DNA of 64,000 nt from IMG/VR virus record IMGVR_UViG_3300033984_000473, positions 1 to 64,000 of that record; one strand, given 5' to 3'. Position 1 is the stretch's first letter; every line of letters starts with the position of its first letter. Positions 19,449 to 28,301 of this stretch are shown here, in pieces. Position numbers and translations under genes: made by a program. The notes beneath the pieces are model-generated. The model was not told the DNA's origin. It did no database searches and was given only the letters and a program-made list of their open reading frames with translations.

Positions 19449-20468
19449 ATGTATTTCACAGACGGTAATAATAAATTAACTAGAGGTGCTGGTAGTGGTG
19501 CTTATCAAAAACAAAATAGCTTTCAGTATCTAAAATATGGTCAAGTTGTTTCGGTTTATGATGACTATAGCTTAGGTAGAATACAAGTTAGAATCAAAGG
19601 TTCTCAATCAGCTGGTGGTGATGATGGGGTTCCTAACAATAAATTACCATTTTGTGTACCTATGATTCCAAAACATATCTCAATAACTCCAAAGGTTGGG
19701 GAATCTGTTTGGGTATTTGTTTTTGATAAAAATAGACAGCATGCTGATAGATTATATATTGGGCCAATAATTTCTCAATTAGACAAACTTAACCATGATG
19801 ATGGTAGAACATCAGCATTGGCTGGTTTCACATTTGGACCTGTGACACCAAAAGTTAATATGACCAACATACCACAACTTATAGGTGTTTTCCCAAACTC
19901 AGCTGACGTATCAATTCAAGGTAGGTATAACACAGACATTACTCAAAAAGTTAATGAAATTGTTATTAGAGCTGGTAAATTTGAGTCTTCTCCACAGACA
20001 TCCCAAAATCCATATCCATTCCAATTCAACACCAAAACACAGGCGTATATTCAAATTCAAAATGATGTTAAAATATACAGTGATGATATGTTAATGAAAA
20101 ATTTCTCTGACGGTGCAAATTTAGACGGTGCTTTTGGAACTATTACAAACATTGTTGCTAGTAAAATCAATTTAATAACACATAGAGATGGTACCCCTAG
20201 ATTTAACGTTACGGGTCAAGAAACACTTATCTCTGACGATGAAATGAATAGAATATTAAATGAAGCCCATCAATTACCATTTGGTGATGTATTGATAGAA
20301 TATTTAAAACTATTAAAAGAAGCTTTATTCGCACACGTTCACAACGGTAGTGGTAATCCAGCAACCGATTTAACCGCTTCTGGCAACAAACAACCATTGG
20401 CTGCTTTTAAAGCAAAAGCTGATGATTTAGAAAAATCAATGTTATCTAAAAACATTCGAATTAATTAA
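19449..20468 (+). CDS. Baseplate central spike / gp5-gpV-like protein
   Basis: N-terminal OB-fold pattern GQVVSVYD…GRIQVRI…PKVGESVWV; C-terminal HVH apex motif; no lysozyme domain seen. Confidence 0.72.
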   Translation: MYFTDGNNKLTRGAGSGAYQKQNSFQYLKYGQVVSVYDDYSLGRIQVRIKGSQSAGGDDGVPNNKLPFCVPMIPKHISITPKVGESVWVFVFDKNRQHADRLYIGPIISQLDKLNHDDGRTSALAGFTFGPVTPKVNMTNIPQLIGVFPNSADVSIQGRYNTDITQKVNEIVIRAGKFESSPQTSQNPYPFQFNTKTQAYIQIQNDVKIYSDDMLMKNFSDGANLDGAFGTITNIVASKINLITHRDGTPRFNVTGQETLISDDEMNRILNEAHQLPFGDVLIEYLKLLKEALFAHVHNGSGNPATDLTASGNKQPLAAFKAKADDLEKSMLSKNIRIN

Positions 20469-20476
20469 TCTTTTTA

Positions 20477-20486
20477 GATATTTATA
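20477..20486 (+). promoter_or_regulatory. Putative late promoter (GATATTTATA)
   Basis: Recurring motif, 12 nt before ATG 20499. Confidence 0.6.
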
Positions 20487-20498
20487 TAAAAAGATAAG

Positions 20499-21893
20499 AT
20501 GGTAGTACGCACATATTTCGACAAGAACAACACAATCGTTAGTAACCTAAACGTCAATACTGGTTTAAACCCAGTAACTGAATTGTTTTATGGTGGAGCT
20601 ATCGGTCAACAACAATATAGCAGATTTCTATTTCATTTCGATGAAACTAGATTAAAAGCAATGTATAATGATGGTACCTTTACTGATTTAAGTAAACTTA
20701 AACACACACTTAGACTTACAAATACTGGTTCTTTTGACAAAGAACTTTTAAACACAAATATGGGTTCAAAAGAAAGAACTACTTCATTTGATTTGATAGC
20801 TTTTAAAATACAACAACCATGGGACAATGGTGTTGGTTATGATTACGAAATACCAATATTAGCCTACGGTGATGCTGCATTTAGTAATGGAGTCTCTAAC
20901 TGGGTAAACGCTCAAACAGGTATTGAATGGGCTAACGGTACTGGAACATATTCTGGTTCACCATCTGGTATTACAGTGTCAACACAACATTTTGACAAAG
21001 GAAATGAAAACATTGAAATGGATATCACAGATTATGTAAATGGTGTTATTACTGGAAACACAAATAATGGTTTAGGTATTGCATATGCTAGACCATTTGA
21101 ACAAATGAATACTACAAGTCTTCAATATGTTGGGTTCTTTACAAACAATACACAAACCTTCTACGAACCATTTGTTGAAACAATTTATTCTAACCACATT
21201 ACAGACGATAGAAACAACTTTTTCCTAGATAAAGCTAACAAGTTATACCTATACGTTAATCTTGCTGGAAACCCTACTAATTTGGATTTTATACCTAGTG
21301 TAGATGTTTATGACGCTAGTGGTAATATGTTTATGACTTATTCGCCATCACAAGTTAACCATGTAACAAAAGGTGTTTACTCAATCGATATCCTTGTACC
21401 AACTTCTGGAAATGAAGGTGTTATGTACAATGACGTATGGACAAACATTAGTATCAACGGTGTAATTAGACCAGATATTTCCATGGATTTTGTAACGAAA
21501 GACTCCATGGGTTATTATGATTTAAGTAACGGTGATTCATTACCTAAAAAAGTTGCTGTATCAATATCTGGATTACAAAATAAAGAAAGAATTAAACGTG
21601 GTGATATTCGTAAGGTTTTGGTTTCGGCTAGAATACCTTATACTATTGAGCAATCGCAAGCAATTAGTGGTATAAAATATAGAATTTATGTTTCGGAAGG
21701 TTCTAGTGAATTAACTGTAGTTGATTTCCAACCAGTTGAAATGGCAATTAATAACTACTATTTCTTATTGGATACTGCTAGTCTTGTACCAAATACTTAT
21801 TATTTAGACGTATTGGTTACCTCTAACCTAGAAGTGACAACAATAAAAAGAGCGATTCAATTTGATATCGTAAACCAAGTAGAACTAAGATAA
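20499..21893 (+). CDS. Putative virion structural protein (beta-rich)
   Basis: Asn/Thr/Gly-rich, YSRFLFHFD…WDNGVG…IEMDITDYV pattern; late motif upstream. Confidence 0.6.
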   Translation: MVVRTYFDKNNTIVSNLNVNTGLNPVTELFYGGAIGQQQYSRFLFHFDETRLKAMYNDGTFTDLSKLKHTLRLTNTGSFDKELLNTNMGSKERTTSFDLIAFKIQQPWDNGVGYDYEIPILAYGDAAFSNGVSNWVNAQTGIEWANGTGTYSGSPSGITVSTQHFDKGNENIEMDITDYVNGVITGNTNNGLGIAYARPFEQMNTTSLQYVGFFTNNTQTFYEPFVETIYSNHITDDRNNFFLDKANKLYLYVNLAGNPTNLDFIPSVDVYDASGNMFMTYSPSQVNHVTKGVYSIDILVPTSGNEGVMYNDVWTNISINGVIRPDISMDFVTKDSMGYYDLSNGDSLPKKVAVSISGLQNKERIKRGDIRKVLVSARIPYTIEQSQAISGIKYRIYVSEGSSELTVVDFQPVEMAINNYYFLLDTASLVPNTYYLDVLVTSNLEVTTIKRAIQFDIVNQVELR

Positions 21894-21896
21894 ATT

Positions 21897-22235
21897 ATGA
21901 AAAACTTTATAAAAAGATTGCTTAGAGAACAAATGATTGATGGTCAAAACATGAACAAAGGAACACAATATGCGTGTAACAAAATGACTATCAATAGTTA
22001 TTCTGAAGCGTTGGAAAATGTTGAAAGAGCTTTGAAAGGTGCTAACCCAGAAACTAGAACACGTGTTATGCAAAAAATTCACGCACCTTTAGAAAATTTA
22101 AAGAACGAAGAAAGTAAAATTACTGACGAAGTTAAAACAGCACATATGTCTGGGGATTCAATACCAGATGAGGCTGACACGTACTGGCATCAAATCCAGA
22201 CAACACTTTGCGAGATGGGTCCAGAATTCCAATAA
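21897..22235 (+). CDS. Hypothetical protein with N-terminal IKRLLRE peptide
   Basis: MKNFIKRLLREQ. Confidence 0.65.
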   Translation: MKNFIKRLLREQMIDGQNMNKGTQYACNKMTINSYSEALENVERALKGANPETRTRVMQKIHAPLENLKNEESKITDEVKTAHMSGDSIPDEADTYWHQIQTTLCEMGPEFQ

Positions 22236-22253
22236 ATTATTTTTAAAAAAGAC

Positions 22254-22285
22254 TTGACAAATAAAGTATTTGTCGTATATTTATA
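22254..22285 (+). promoter_or_regulatory. Promoter for the 22391 gene (TTG-N19-TATATTTA; also contains TATATTTATA)
   Basis: TTG 22254-56 and TATATTTA 22276-83, Bacteroidota-type spacing. Confidence 0.55.
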
Positions 22286-22286
22286 T

Positions 22287-23325
22287 TTACGTTAACTCAA
22301 CGTATTAGTCCCGACCATTAAAACGGTTTAGAGTTTAGAGATAAACAAAGGTATTAGTACACTAATAACAAACATTAAAAGTTAAACAACATGAAAAAAC
22401 AAATGATTATTGAACCGTCAAAAGCGGTTCCGACAGCTAACATTGCTGTAAACAAAAGTAGAATTAAAATCTACGAAAATGATGGCAACATGCCAACTTA
22501 CTATCTTCAAAAAGGACAAGAGTTCCAAATTGAATTATACAATCCGACTCAAGGAACTGTATTAGCAAAAATTTCACTTAACAACACATCAATTTCTCAA
22601 GGTGGTTTGGTTTTAAAACCTGGCCAAAGAGTATTTTTAGACCGTTATCTAGACGTAGCTAAGAAATTCTTATTTGATACTTATGAAGTATCAAATTCTG
22701 AAGAAACTAAAAAAGCCATAGAAAAAAATGGTGATTTTAAAGTTGAATTCTTTAAAGAACTATTACCAGTACGTTTTATACCATCTAATTTAATTGTAGG
22801 TGGTTCTTATGGTGGTTCTTTCGGTGGACCAAGTTATGGTGGTGGATATGCTCATACAACACTATCAACCAACATACCTAATGGTGTGTGTTCAACCAAC
22901 GGGTTAATTGAAACATCATCATCAGCGTATTACAACGCTACTTCTACTAACATAACTAATTGTAGTAGCAGCTTTTCAACAAGCGTAACGACAGATGCAC
23001 TTGGTTCTTTTTCTGATGATGTATTATCAGCACCTAAAGGTGGAATACTTCGTTCTGCAAAAAAATCAAAATCAATTGAAACTGGTAGAGTTGAACAAGG
23101 TTCAGATTCTGACCAAAAATTCAAAACATCAAACAAAGATTTTGAATACTTTGCTTTCCACACAATCGAGTGTAAGATGCTTCCAGTATCTCAAAAAATT
23201 AACACAGCTGAAGACATCAACGTGAAAAGATATTGTACAAACTGTGGTGCTAAGTTAGGAAAAACAGATAAATTCTGTTCTAGCTGTGGTACAAAAGCCT
23301 AAATAAATTACAAGAGTTAACGTAA
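22287..23325. repeat. 12-bp perfect inverted repeat bracketing a single gene (TTACGTTAACTC 22287-22298 / GAGTTAACGTAA 23314-23325)
   Basis: Direct reading; arms lie just after the promoter and just before the terminator. Confidence 0.75.
22391..23302 (+). CDS. Hypothetical protein with Gly/Ser-rich linker and C-terminal zinc ribbon
   Basis: CTNCG…FCSSCG at the C-terminus; stand-alone transcription unit. Confidence 0.75.
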   Translation: MKKQMIIEPSKAVPTANIAVNKSRIKIYENDGNMPTYYLQKGQEFQIELYNPTQGTVLAKISLNNTSISQGGLVLKPGQRVFLDRYLDVAKKFLFDTYEVSNSEETKKAIEKNGDFKVEFFKELLPVRFIPSNLIVGGSYGGSFGGPSYGGGYAHTTLSTNIPNGVCSTNGLIETSSSAYYNATSTNITNCSSSFSTSVTTDALGSFSDDVLSAPKGGILRSAKKSKSIETGRVEQGSDSDQKFKTSNKDFEYFAFHTIECKMLPVSQKINTAEDINVKRYCTNCGAKLGKTDKFCSSCGTKA

Positions 23326-23326
23326 T

Positions 23327-23359
23327 AAAAAAAGCCGAGGATTATTCTTCGGCTTTTTT
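23327..23359. terminator. Bidirectional intrinsic terminator between convergent genes
   Basis: AAAAAAAGCCGAGGA-TTAT-TCTTCGGCTTTTTT. Confidence 0.85.
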
Positions 23360-23361
23360 AT

Positions 23362-23820
23362 TTAATATGATGTCAGAATACAGCAGTTATAATCTTCTAT
23401 TGTTGAAATTCCTATATGTGTAAAATTAGGGTTATCTAATATTGCTTTATGTGGTGGCGAACCCAAATAAGCCGTAAGCATTGATAATGGAGTTTGATAA
23501 TTATAAGCTACTATTTCACCGACCCTTTCAGCGTGGCTTAAGTTTGCCCTAATGCTAAAATAATCATGCGAAAGAACACCTTTATCTATCATGTATAATA
23601 CATGACCAGCAGCTAGTTCTGTTGTTAACGAATCTATTTTTAAGACACTTAAACCATGGTCTACTCTATAATTATTAATTATTAAAAATAAAGTGTCATC
23701 ACTTTCAGATAAAACAATATTTTCATTTGGAATATAAATATCATTAACATGTTCTTTAGAACATGTTAATGATATTAGAATCATTATAAATAATAATAAG
23801 TAAGTGAATATCTGTTTCAT
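23362..23820 (-). CDS. CAP/SCP-domain secreted or lipoprotein
   Basis: Hydrophobic N-terminus with Cys; INNYR…GL, H..YM, LSH, GEIVA, SPPHKAIL, THIGI. Confidence 0.82.
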   Translation of the reverse strand: MKQIFTYLLLFIMILISLTCSKEHVNDIYIPNENIVLSESDDTLFLIINNYRVDHGLSVLKIDSLTTELAAGHVLYMIDKGVLSHDYFSIRANLSHAERVGEIVAYNYQTPLSMLTAYLGSPPHKAILDNPNFTHIGISTIEDYNCCILTSY

Positions 23821-23822
23821 AG

Positions 23823-24467
23823 TTAGTTTATTTTTAAGTTCATTTTATTTATCTGAAACAATTCATTTAAGTCTTTTATTGTTATTGGAATTATCTCACC
23901 ATTAACGTTTGAGCCAATCCAACAATACCTACGTTTGTCAATATATAGGATTTTAAAATATGAAATCGGTATTGGAATCTTGCTTTTTGGTAAATATTGT
24001 TTTTTTTGACCTTCATAAATGACTCCTGTGATGATAACTGTATCACGTTTATACTTGTATATCGAATCTTCAACACTTCCCTCTAATTGAGCCCATTTGC
24101 CTCTATTAAAGGCTGCTAGTTGTGGAGCTTGATTAAATAAGCTGAAAGACTCATGATTTAATACATTATCATAAGAAGTTATATGTGATGGGGTTAAGTG
24201 ACCTAAGTCGTAACCAGTGTGTAAATATAAATCTTTTTTATATTTTCCTTTGTACGTATCTTGAAACCAACGATTATCCCTTTCTTTATCTAACTTCAAA
24301 AAATTACCATACGAAATAGTATGTTTAGAAACCATTGCACATGTATCTTTTGTTAGATATAATGTGATATCACCGTAAGAGATGATTAATTTGTTGTTGG
24401 TTGTAACTGTTTGTGTGTAGCTGTTCATACTAATGAACAATACTAATAATAAAAACATTTTTGCCAT
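23823..24467 (-). CDS. Secreted DNA/RNA non-specific endonuclease (NucA/Serratia-type)
   Basis: Signal peptide; GYDLGHL, NQAPQLAAFNRGKWAQLE, IPIPISYFKI. Confidence 0.88.
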   Translation of the reverse strand: MAKMFLLLVLFISMNSYTQTVTTNNKLIISYGDITLYLTKDTCAMVSKHTISYGNFLKLDKERDNRWFQDTYKGKYKKDLYLHTGYDLGHLTPSHITSYDNVLNHESFSLFNQAPQLAAFNRGKWAQLEGSVEDSIYKYKRDTVIITGVIYEGQKKQYLPKSKIPIPISYFKILYIDKRRYCWIGSNVNGEIIPITIKDLNELFQINKMNLKIN

Positions 24468-24469
24468 AT

Positions 24470-25009
24470 CTATAATTGTATTTGAGTGAAATCGGAATCA
24501 TAAAACGGTATATTCCCTAATTTTTCTTTAAATGTAGAAAAAAAATCTGGTTCACTTATTTTAAAATCTTCTATTGTTCCACTTGCTGGTGTAAATCTAA
24601 TCCCCAGTAAATATTTAGATATTGGTTCTAATGTACCAATAAAAAATTCTTCACTTTCATTGTAATCACTTCTACTAGTATCCGCTTTTGTTTTGCTTCC
24701 AAATTGAGCAAAATAATCATGTGGTACTAATCTTTTACCAAAATCACGTTTTATCGCATCGCCATCTAGTATTAATTGTATATCACTAAAAATTAAATTA
24801 ACGTTTCTAGTTAGAGAAACACCATTATAATCTTTACTCTCACCATTAAATTTTGTTAATATTTTTTGGGTTGTTTTAGGTTCTATTTTATTATCACTAA
24901 TAATCTTTAATACTCTATCGATAAAAGTACTATGGTATAATATATTTTTACCCTTAAATGGTGATTTTAAAATTGATTCTCTAAGTAACTTTTGTATAAA
25001 TTCTTTCAT
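24470..25009 (-). CDS. Putative ADP-ribosyltransferase-fold protein with N-terminal LLRE peptide
   Basis: LYHST…GVSLTR…ESEE (H-S-ExE arrangement of ART folds); starts MKEFIQKLLRES. Confidence 0.55.
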   Translation of the reverse strand: MKEFIQKLLRESILKSPFKGKNILYHSTFIDRVLKIISDNKIEPKTTQKILTKFNGESKDYNGVSLTRNVNLIFSDIQLILDGDAIKRDFGKRLVPHDYFAQFGSKTKADTSRSDYNESEEFFIGTLEPISKYLLGIRFTPASGTIEDFKISEPDFFSTFKEKLGNIPFYDSDFTQIQL

Positions 25010-25012
25010 AAC

Positions 25013-25022
25013 TATAAATATC
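25013..25022 (-). promoter_or_regulatory. Putative late promoter GATATTTATA, 3 nt before the ATG
   Basis: Minus strand reads GATATTTATA-GTT-ATG. Confidence 0.55.
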
Positions 25023-25031
25023 CATATAAAT

Positions 25032-25061
25032 AAAAAAGGCCACCGTATGGTAGCCTTTTTT
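25032..25061 (-). terminator. Intrinsic terminator after the major capsid gene
   Basis: Minus strand AAAAAAGGCTACC-ATAC-GGTGGCCTTTTTT. Confidence 0.8.
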
Positions 25062-25079
25062 AATTTATAAAGATTATGA

Positions 25080-26921
25080 TTATCTTAATTCGTTGATATC
25101 AAATGTTGGAATACCATCAACTCTTACGTGACCGTAGAATCTGTTATTAACAACTTTTTTAGCGTAACGTGTCATAATACCTTTAACTGGAGCAAAGTTG
25201 AATGGGTTGTACATTGTTGGAGTTAATTGTAATGGAACGTATGGTGCATAGATATAACCAGTATCAAGTAATGATTTACCTTTGTGTCCGATGATTACTG
25301 AGTAAGGTGGAGCATAAGGGTCACGGTACACTTGGTAACGTCCGCTTAATGAACCGATTCTTTCAATACCCATGTTGTATTGGTCTTGCTCTGGGTTAGC
25401 ATCACTTACGTGGAAGTATTCTAAATCATCAAAAATAGCTGAGATTTCAGAAGAAACTACGATAAAGTTAGCACCACCTCTAAGAGTAGATTTGTGTATT
25501 TGAGCAGAAACTTGGTTTAATCTAGTGATTAAAGTTTGGTTCCAGTCTTTTTGAGTATATGGACTTGCAGCAGAAGAAGCTTTTCTCCAACCATTGTAAT
25601 CCCATCTCAATTGCCATGCAGCAGCTTTACGGATATCTCTAAGGATTTCACGGTCAATCTCAGCAGCAACTTGTTCAGATAACATAGCTGTTAATTCAGC
25701 TTCTGCATCAATGTTGTGGAATGCACTAACGTCTTGAGCAAGCTCTGGAGACCAAGTAGCACGTAATTTTCTTTCTTCAACAGCAACAACAACTTCGTCT
25801 AATTTGAAAGATACTTCTCCCATTTCAGTTTCAAGCTCTAATGTTGCGTATTCAGCCCATGCAGATGCAAATGTGAACGCTGTTACAGTAGTTGCAGAAG
25901 CACCAACATAACCATCATAAGTTGCAGTACCAGCACCACCAGCACCATTAGCTGTTGTTCCTACTGGGTGACGTAAGTCTAATTCTAAGTAAAGTGTACC
26001 AGTACCATCAGTCAATGCTTTTGAACCAGAAACAATTCCTTTACCATATTGTTGAGTAACTAATCTGAAAGGGATTTCTTTACCAGCAGCGATAATTGTG
26101 TTACCGTCACGGTCTAAGATACCTGTTACAGCAGAGTTAATAACGTGTAATGAAGCTAAGAATGACTCAGTATCCATGTTGTTACCATCAGCACCTGTCA
26201 TAACTTCTCTACCACCAGTTGTTACACCAGCAGAGAAACCAGAAATTCCTAAGATAATACCTCTTAATGAACCGTCAGTTGCAGTAGGTCCAGCAGACAT
26301 ACTTCCTGTAGCGATAGTGTAGTTACCATCAACTCCTAAAGTGAAAACAGCGTTAACACCAGGTTGGATAGTAAGAGTACCTTTAGAGTTATCAAATAAA
26401 CCATCATTGTAGAATGCATCGTAAAGATTTTTTCCAGCGAATGAAGTTACTGCACAATTAGCTTGGTTGATACAAGATGGAACACCACCGTTCATAGCTG
26501 TGTGAGCAGAGTAAGTAGTACCGTAAGCACCGTTACCACCATTAGCAGCGTAGTCAGAACCTGGTAAACCAGCAGCGTCAACACGTTGAGATGTAACTGG
26601 AACGAAGAAGAACAATTTACCGATTGGCATGTTCATAGCTTGTACAGATACGATATCATTAGCTAATAATTTAGAGAATACTCTACGTACAATTGGGAAT
26701 ACAACTGTTTCGAAAGAACCAGAAGAGTTAGTAGTAGTGTTTTCAGTTAATAATGTAGACGCTTGGTTTTCATATAACTGAGCGATGTTTTCTTTAACGT
26801 GTCCTTTTAGACCGTCTAGGAATCCTAATGAATCCCATTTAGATTGTGTTTCTTTACGGATAGCCTTCATGTGGTTTAATCCGATATTTCCAACCTGTCC
26901 AGATGTTAATAAATGTGACAT
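25080..26921 (-). CDS. Major capsid protein (T4 gp23-like) with a large Gly/Thr/Ala-rich insertion
   Basis: LYENQ, LLTE cleavage site, FPIVRRVF, VSVQAM..PIG, RKLRATWSPELAQD, IDAEAEL, YAPYVPL, GIMTRY. Confidence 0.96.
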   Translation of the reverse strand: MSHLLTSGQVGNIGLNHMKAIRKETQSKWDSLGFLDGLKGHVKENIAQLYENQASTLLTENTTTNSSGSFETVVFPIVRRVFSKLLANDIVSVQAMNMPIGKLFFFVPVTSQRVDAAGLPGSDYAANGGNGAYGTTYSAHTAMNGGVPSCINQANCAVTSFAGKNLYDAFYNDGLFDNSKGTLTIQPGVNAVFTLGVDGNYTIATGSMSAGPTATDGSLRGIILGISGFSAGVTTGGREVMTGADGNNMDTESFLASLHVINSAVTGILDRDGNTIIAAGKEIPFRLVTQQYGKGIVSGSKALTDGTGTLYLELDLRHPVGTTANGAGGAGTATYDGYVGASATTVTAFTFASAWAEYATLELETEMGEVSFKLDEVVVAVEERKLRATWSPELAQDVSAFHNIDAEAELTAMLSEQVAAEIDREILRDIRKAAAWQLRWDYNGWRKASSAASPYTQKDWNQTLITRLNQVSAQIHKSTLRGGANFIVVSSEISAIFDDLEYFHVSDANPEQDQYNMGIERIGSLSGRYQVYRDPYAPPYSVIIGHKGKSLLDTGYIYAPYVPLQLTPTMYNPFNFAPVKGIMTRYAKKVVNNRFYGHVRVDGIPTFDINELR

Positions 26922-26955
26922 AATTTGTTTGTTTTATTTTTTGGGTTATTTTATT

Positions 26956-28170
26956 TTATCTTTTTTCAACTCTGTTCATCAAATCAATGATTCTTTTTGT
27001 TGAAGGGTCAACATATGCTGTACTTTCGTTTAATTGTTTTGAAGTACTAGTAGATGCTTCTTTAATAATTTTACGTTCTACTGATTCGTTAATTGGTTTT
27101 CTTGAATCCAATTCGTTAGTAATAGTTTTGTAAAGTTTTTTTGATTCTACAAGGTTAGAAACTTCTCCATCAAATCTTTTGATGATATTTTGTTTCTCAG
27201 CTTTTGTAGTTGAATGCTCAGTTAATAATCTAGTTACATAAGTAAGATTACTATTGAACACTACAGTTTCAACTAATTTGCTTCTAAATTCTCTAAGAGC
27301 AGTTCTGAACTCGTCATTTTCAGCTTTTAGTTTAGTTGCTTCAGTTAGTAAACTGTTATATTTTTTAGTTGTTTCAGAAACTAATTTTTTTGCTGCGATA
27401 GATTCAGTTTTGATTTTACCAGCACCGCCAGTATTTGTCAAATCAGAATAAGATTTTCCATTTTGAGCTAAACCGATAACTAATTTTTCGTCTAGTTCTT
27501 CAACTTCTTCTTCTTCACCTTCTTCTTCACCTTCTTCTTCATCACCAACAGGTACTAAGTCATCTGGAATATCACTTCCTTCTTCTTCGTCATCCATTTC
27601 GATTTCATATTCCACATCGTCTTCTGCACCTTCTTCATCTTCCATACCCATATCGGCCATGTCTAAATCTAAATCCTCAGCTCCCGCTTCTGGTGTATTA
27701 CCATCTAATTTTACAACGTACTCACCTGGTTCTGAGATGTTCAAGTGAATTTCGTCACCCACGATTTCGATTTCGTCTTCGCCACTTAATTTTTTGTAGA
27801 TTGCGATTACGTCATCATCAGATGCTGCGGTCATATCCATTTCTTCTCCACCTAACGTATCAACGTCCATTCCCATTTCTGGTTCCATTTCTGGTCCCAC
27901 TTCTTCAGAGTCTTCCATGTCGCCTAAGCCACCTTCGATTGAATCATCTTCAGTACCTTCTTCATCAGACATTGTATCCAAGTCTAATTCTTCTGGTGCC
28001 TCTAAGTCTTCTTCTTCATAAATCTCTTTAACTAGAGATTCTTTCACTACACTATCAATTTCTTCTTTAGCTACGCTACGAAGTATTTCTTTTGTGTTAG
28101 CATTAAGAGCACTTTGAATATTTTTGATATCCAATAATGCTTCTTCAAGTATTGATTTGTTTTCTGCCAT
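26956..28170 (-). CDS. Prohead core/scaffolding protein (gp22-like role)
   Basis: Very acidic centre, coiled-coil C-terminus, many L/I-x-E sites; between protease and capsid genes. Confidence 0.8.
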   Translation of the reverse strand: MAENKSILEEALLDIKNIQSALNANTKEILRSVAKEEIDSVVKESLVKEIYEEEDLEAPEELDLDTMSDEEGTEDDSIEGGLGDMEDSEEVGPEMEPEMGMDVDTLGGEEMDMTAASDDDVIAIYKKLSGEDEIEIVGDEIHLNISEPGEYVVKLDGNTPEAGAEDLDLDMADMGMEDEEGAEDDVEYEIEMDDEEEGSDIPDDLVPVGDEEEGEEEGEEEEVEELDEKLVIGLAQNGKSYSDLTNTGGAGKIKTESIAAKKLVSETTKKYNSLLTEATKLKAENDEFRTALREFRSKLVETVVFNSNLTYVTRLLTEHSTTKAEKQNIIKRFDGEVSNLVESKKLYKTITNELDSRKPINESVERKIIKEASTSTSKQLNESTAYVDPSTKRIIDLMNRVEKR

Positions 28171-28240
28171 TTTAGTTTTTTGTTTTTTGTATTTATTTAT
28201 TTTATTTCAATTAAATAAACAATGAGATATACTCATTTGT

Positions 28241-28251
28241 TAATAAATATG
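28241..28251 (-). promoter_or_regulatory. Putative late promoter (CATATTTATTA) for scaffold-capsid
   Basis: Recurring motif in the intergenic region upstream of 28170. Confidence 0.55.
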
Positions 28252-28301
28252 TGTAATTTTATCAAAAATCGTTTTAACCTTAAAAAAATTAAAAAAAAAT
28301 A

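Noticed and set aside
22254-22281. E. coli-type sigma70 promoter TTGACA-N16-TATATT
   Set aside because: Better explained by the TTG-N19-TATATTT(G/A) pattern seen repeatedly in the window
25013-25020. Canonical T4 late promoter TATAAATA on the plus strand
   Set aside because: Here and at the other sites it points away from the adjacent gene start; the consistent sense-strand form is TATTTAT
27500-27545. TCTTCTTCACC repeats in the scaffold gene
   Set aside because: Only encode the acidic EEEGEEEG stretch; not a DNA-level array
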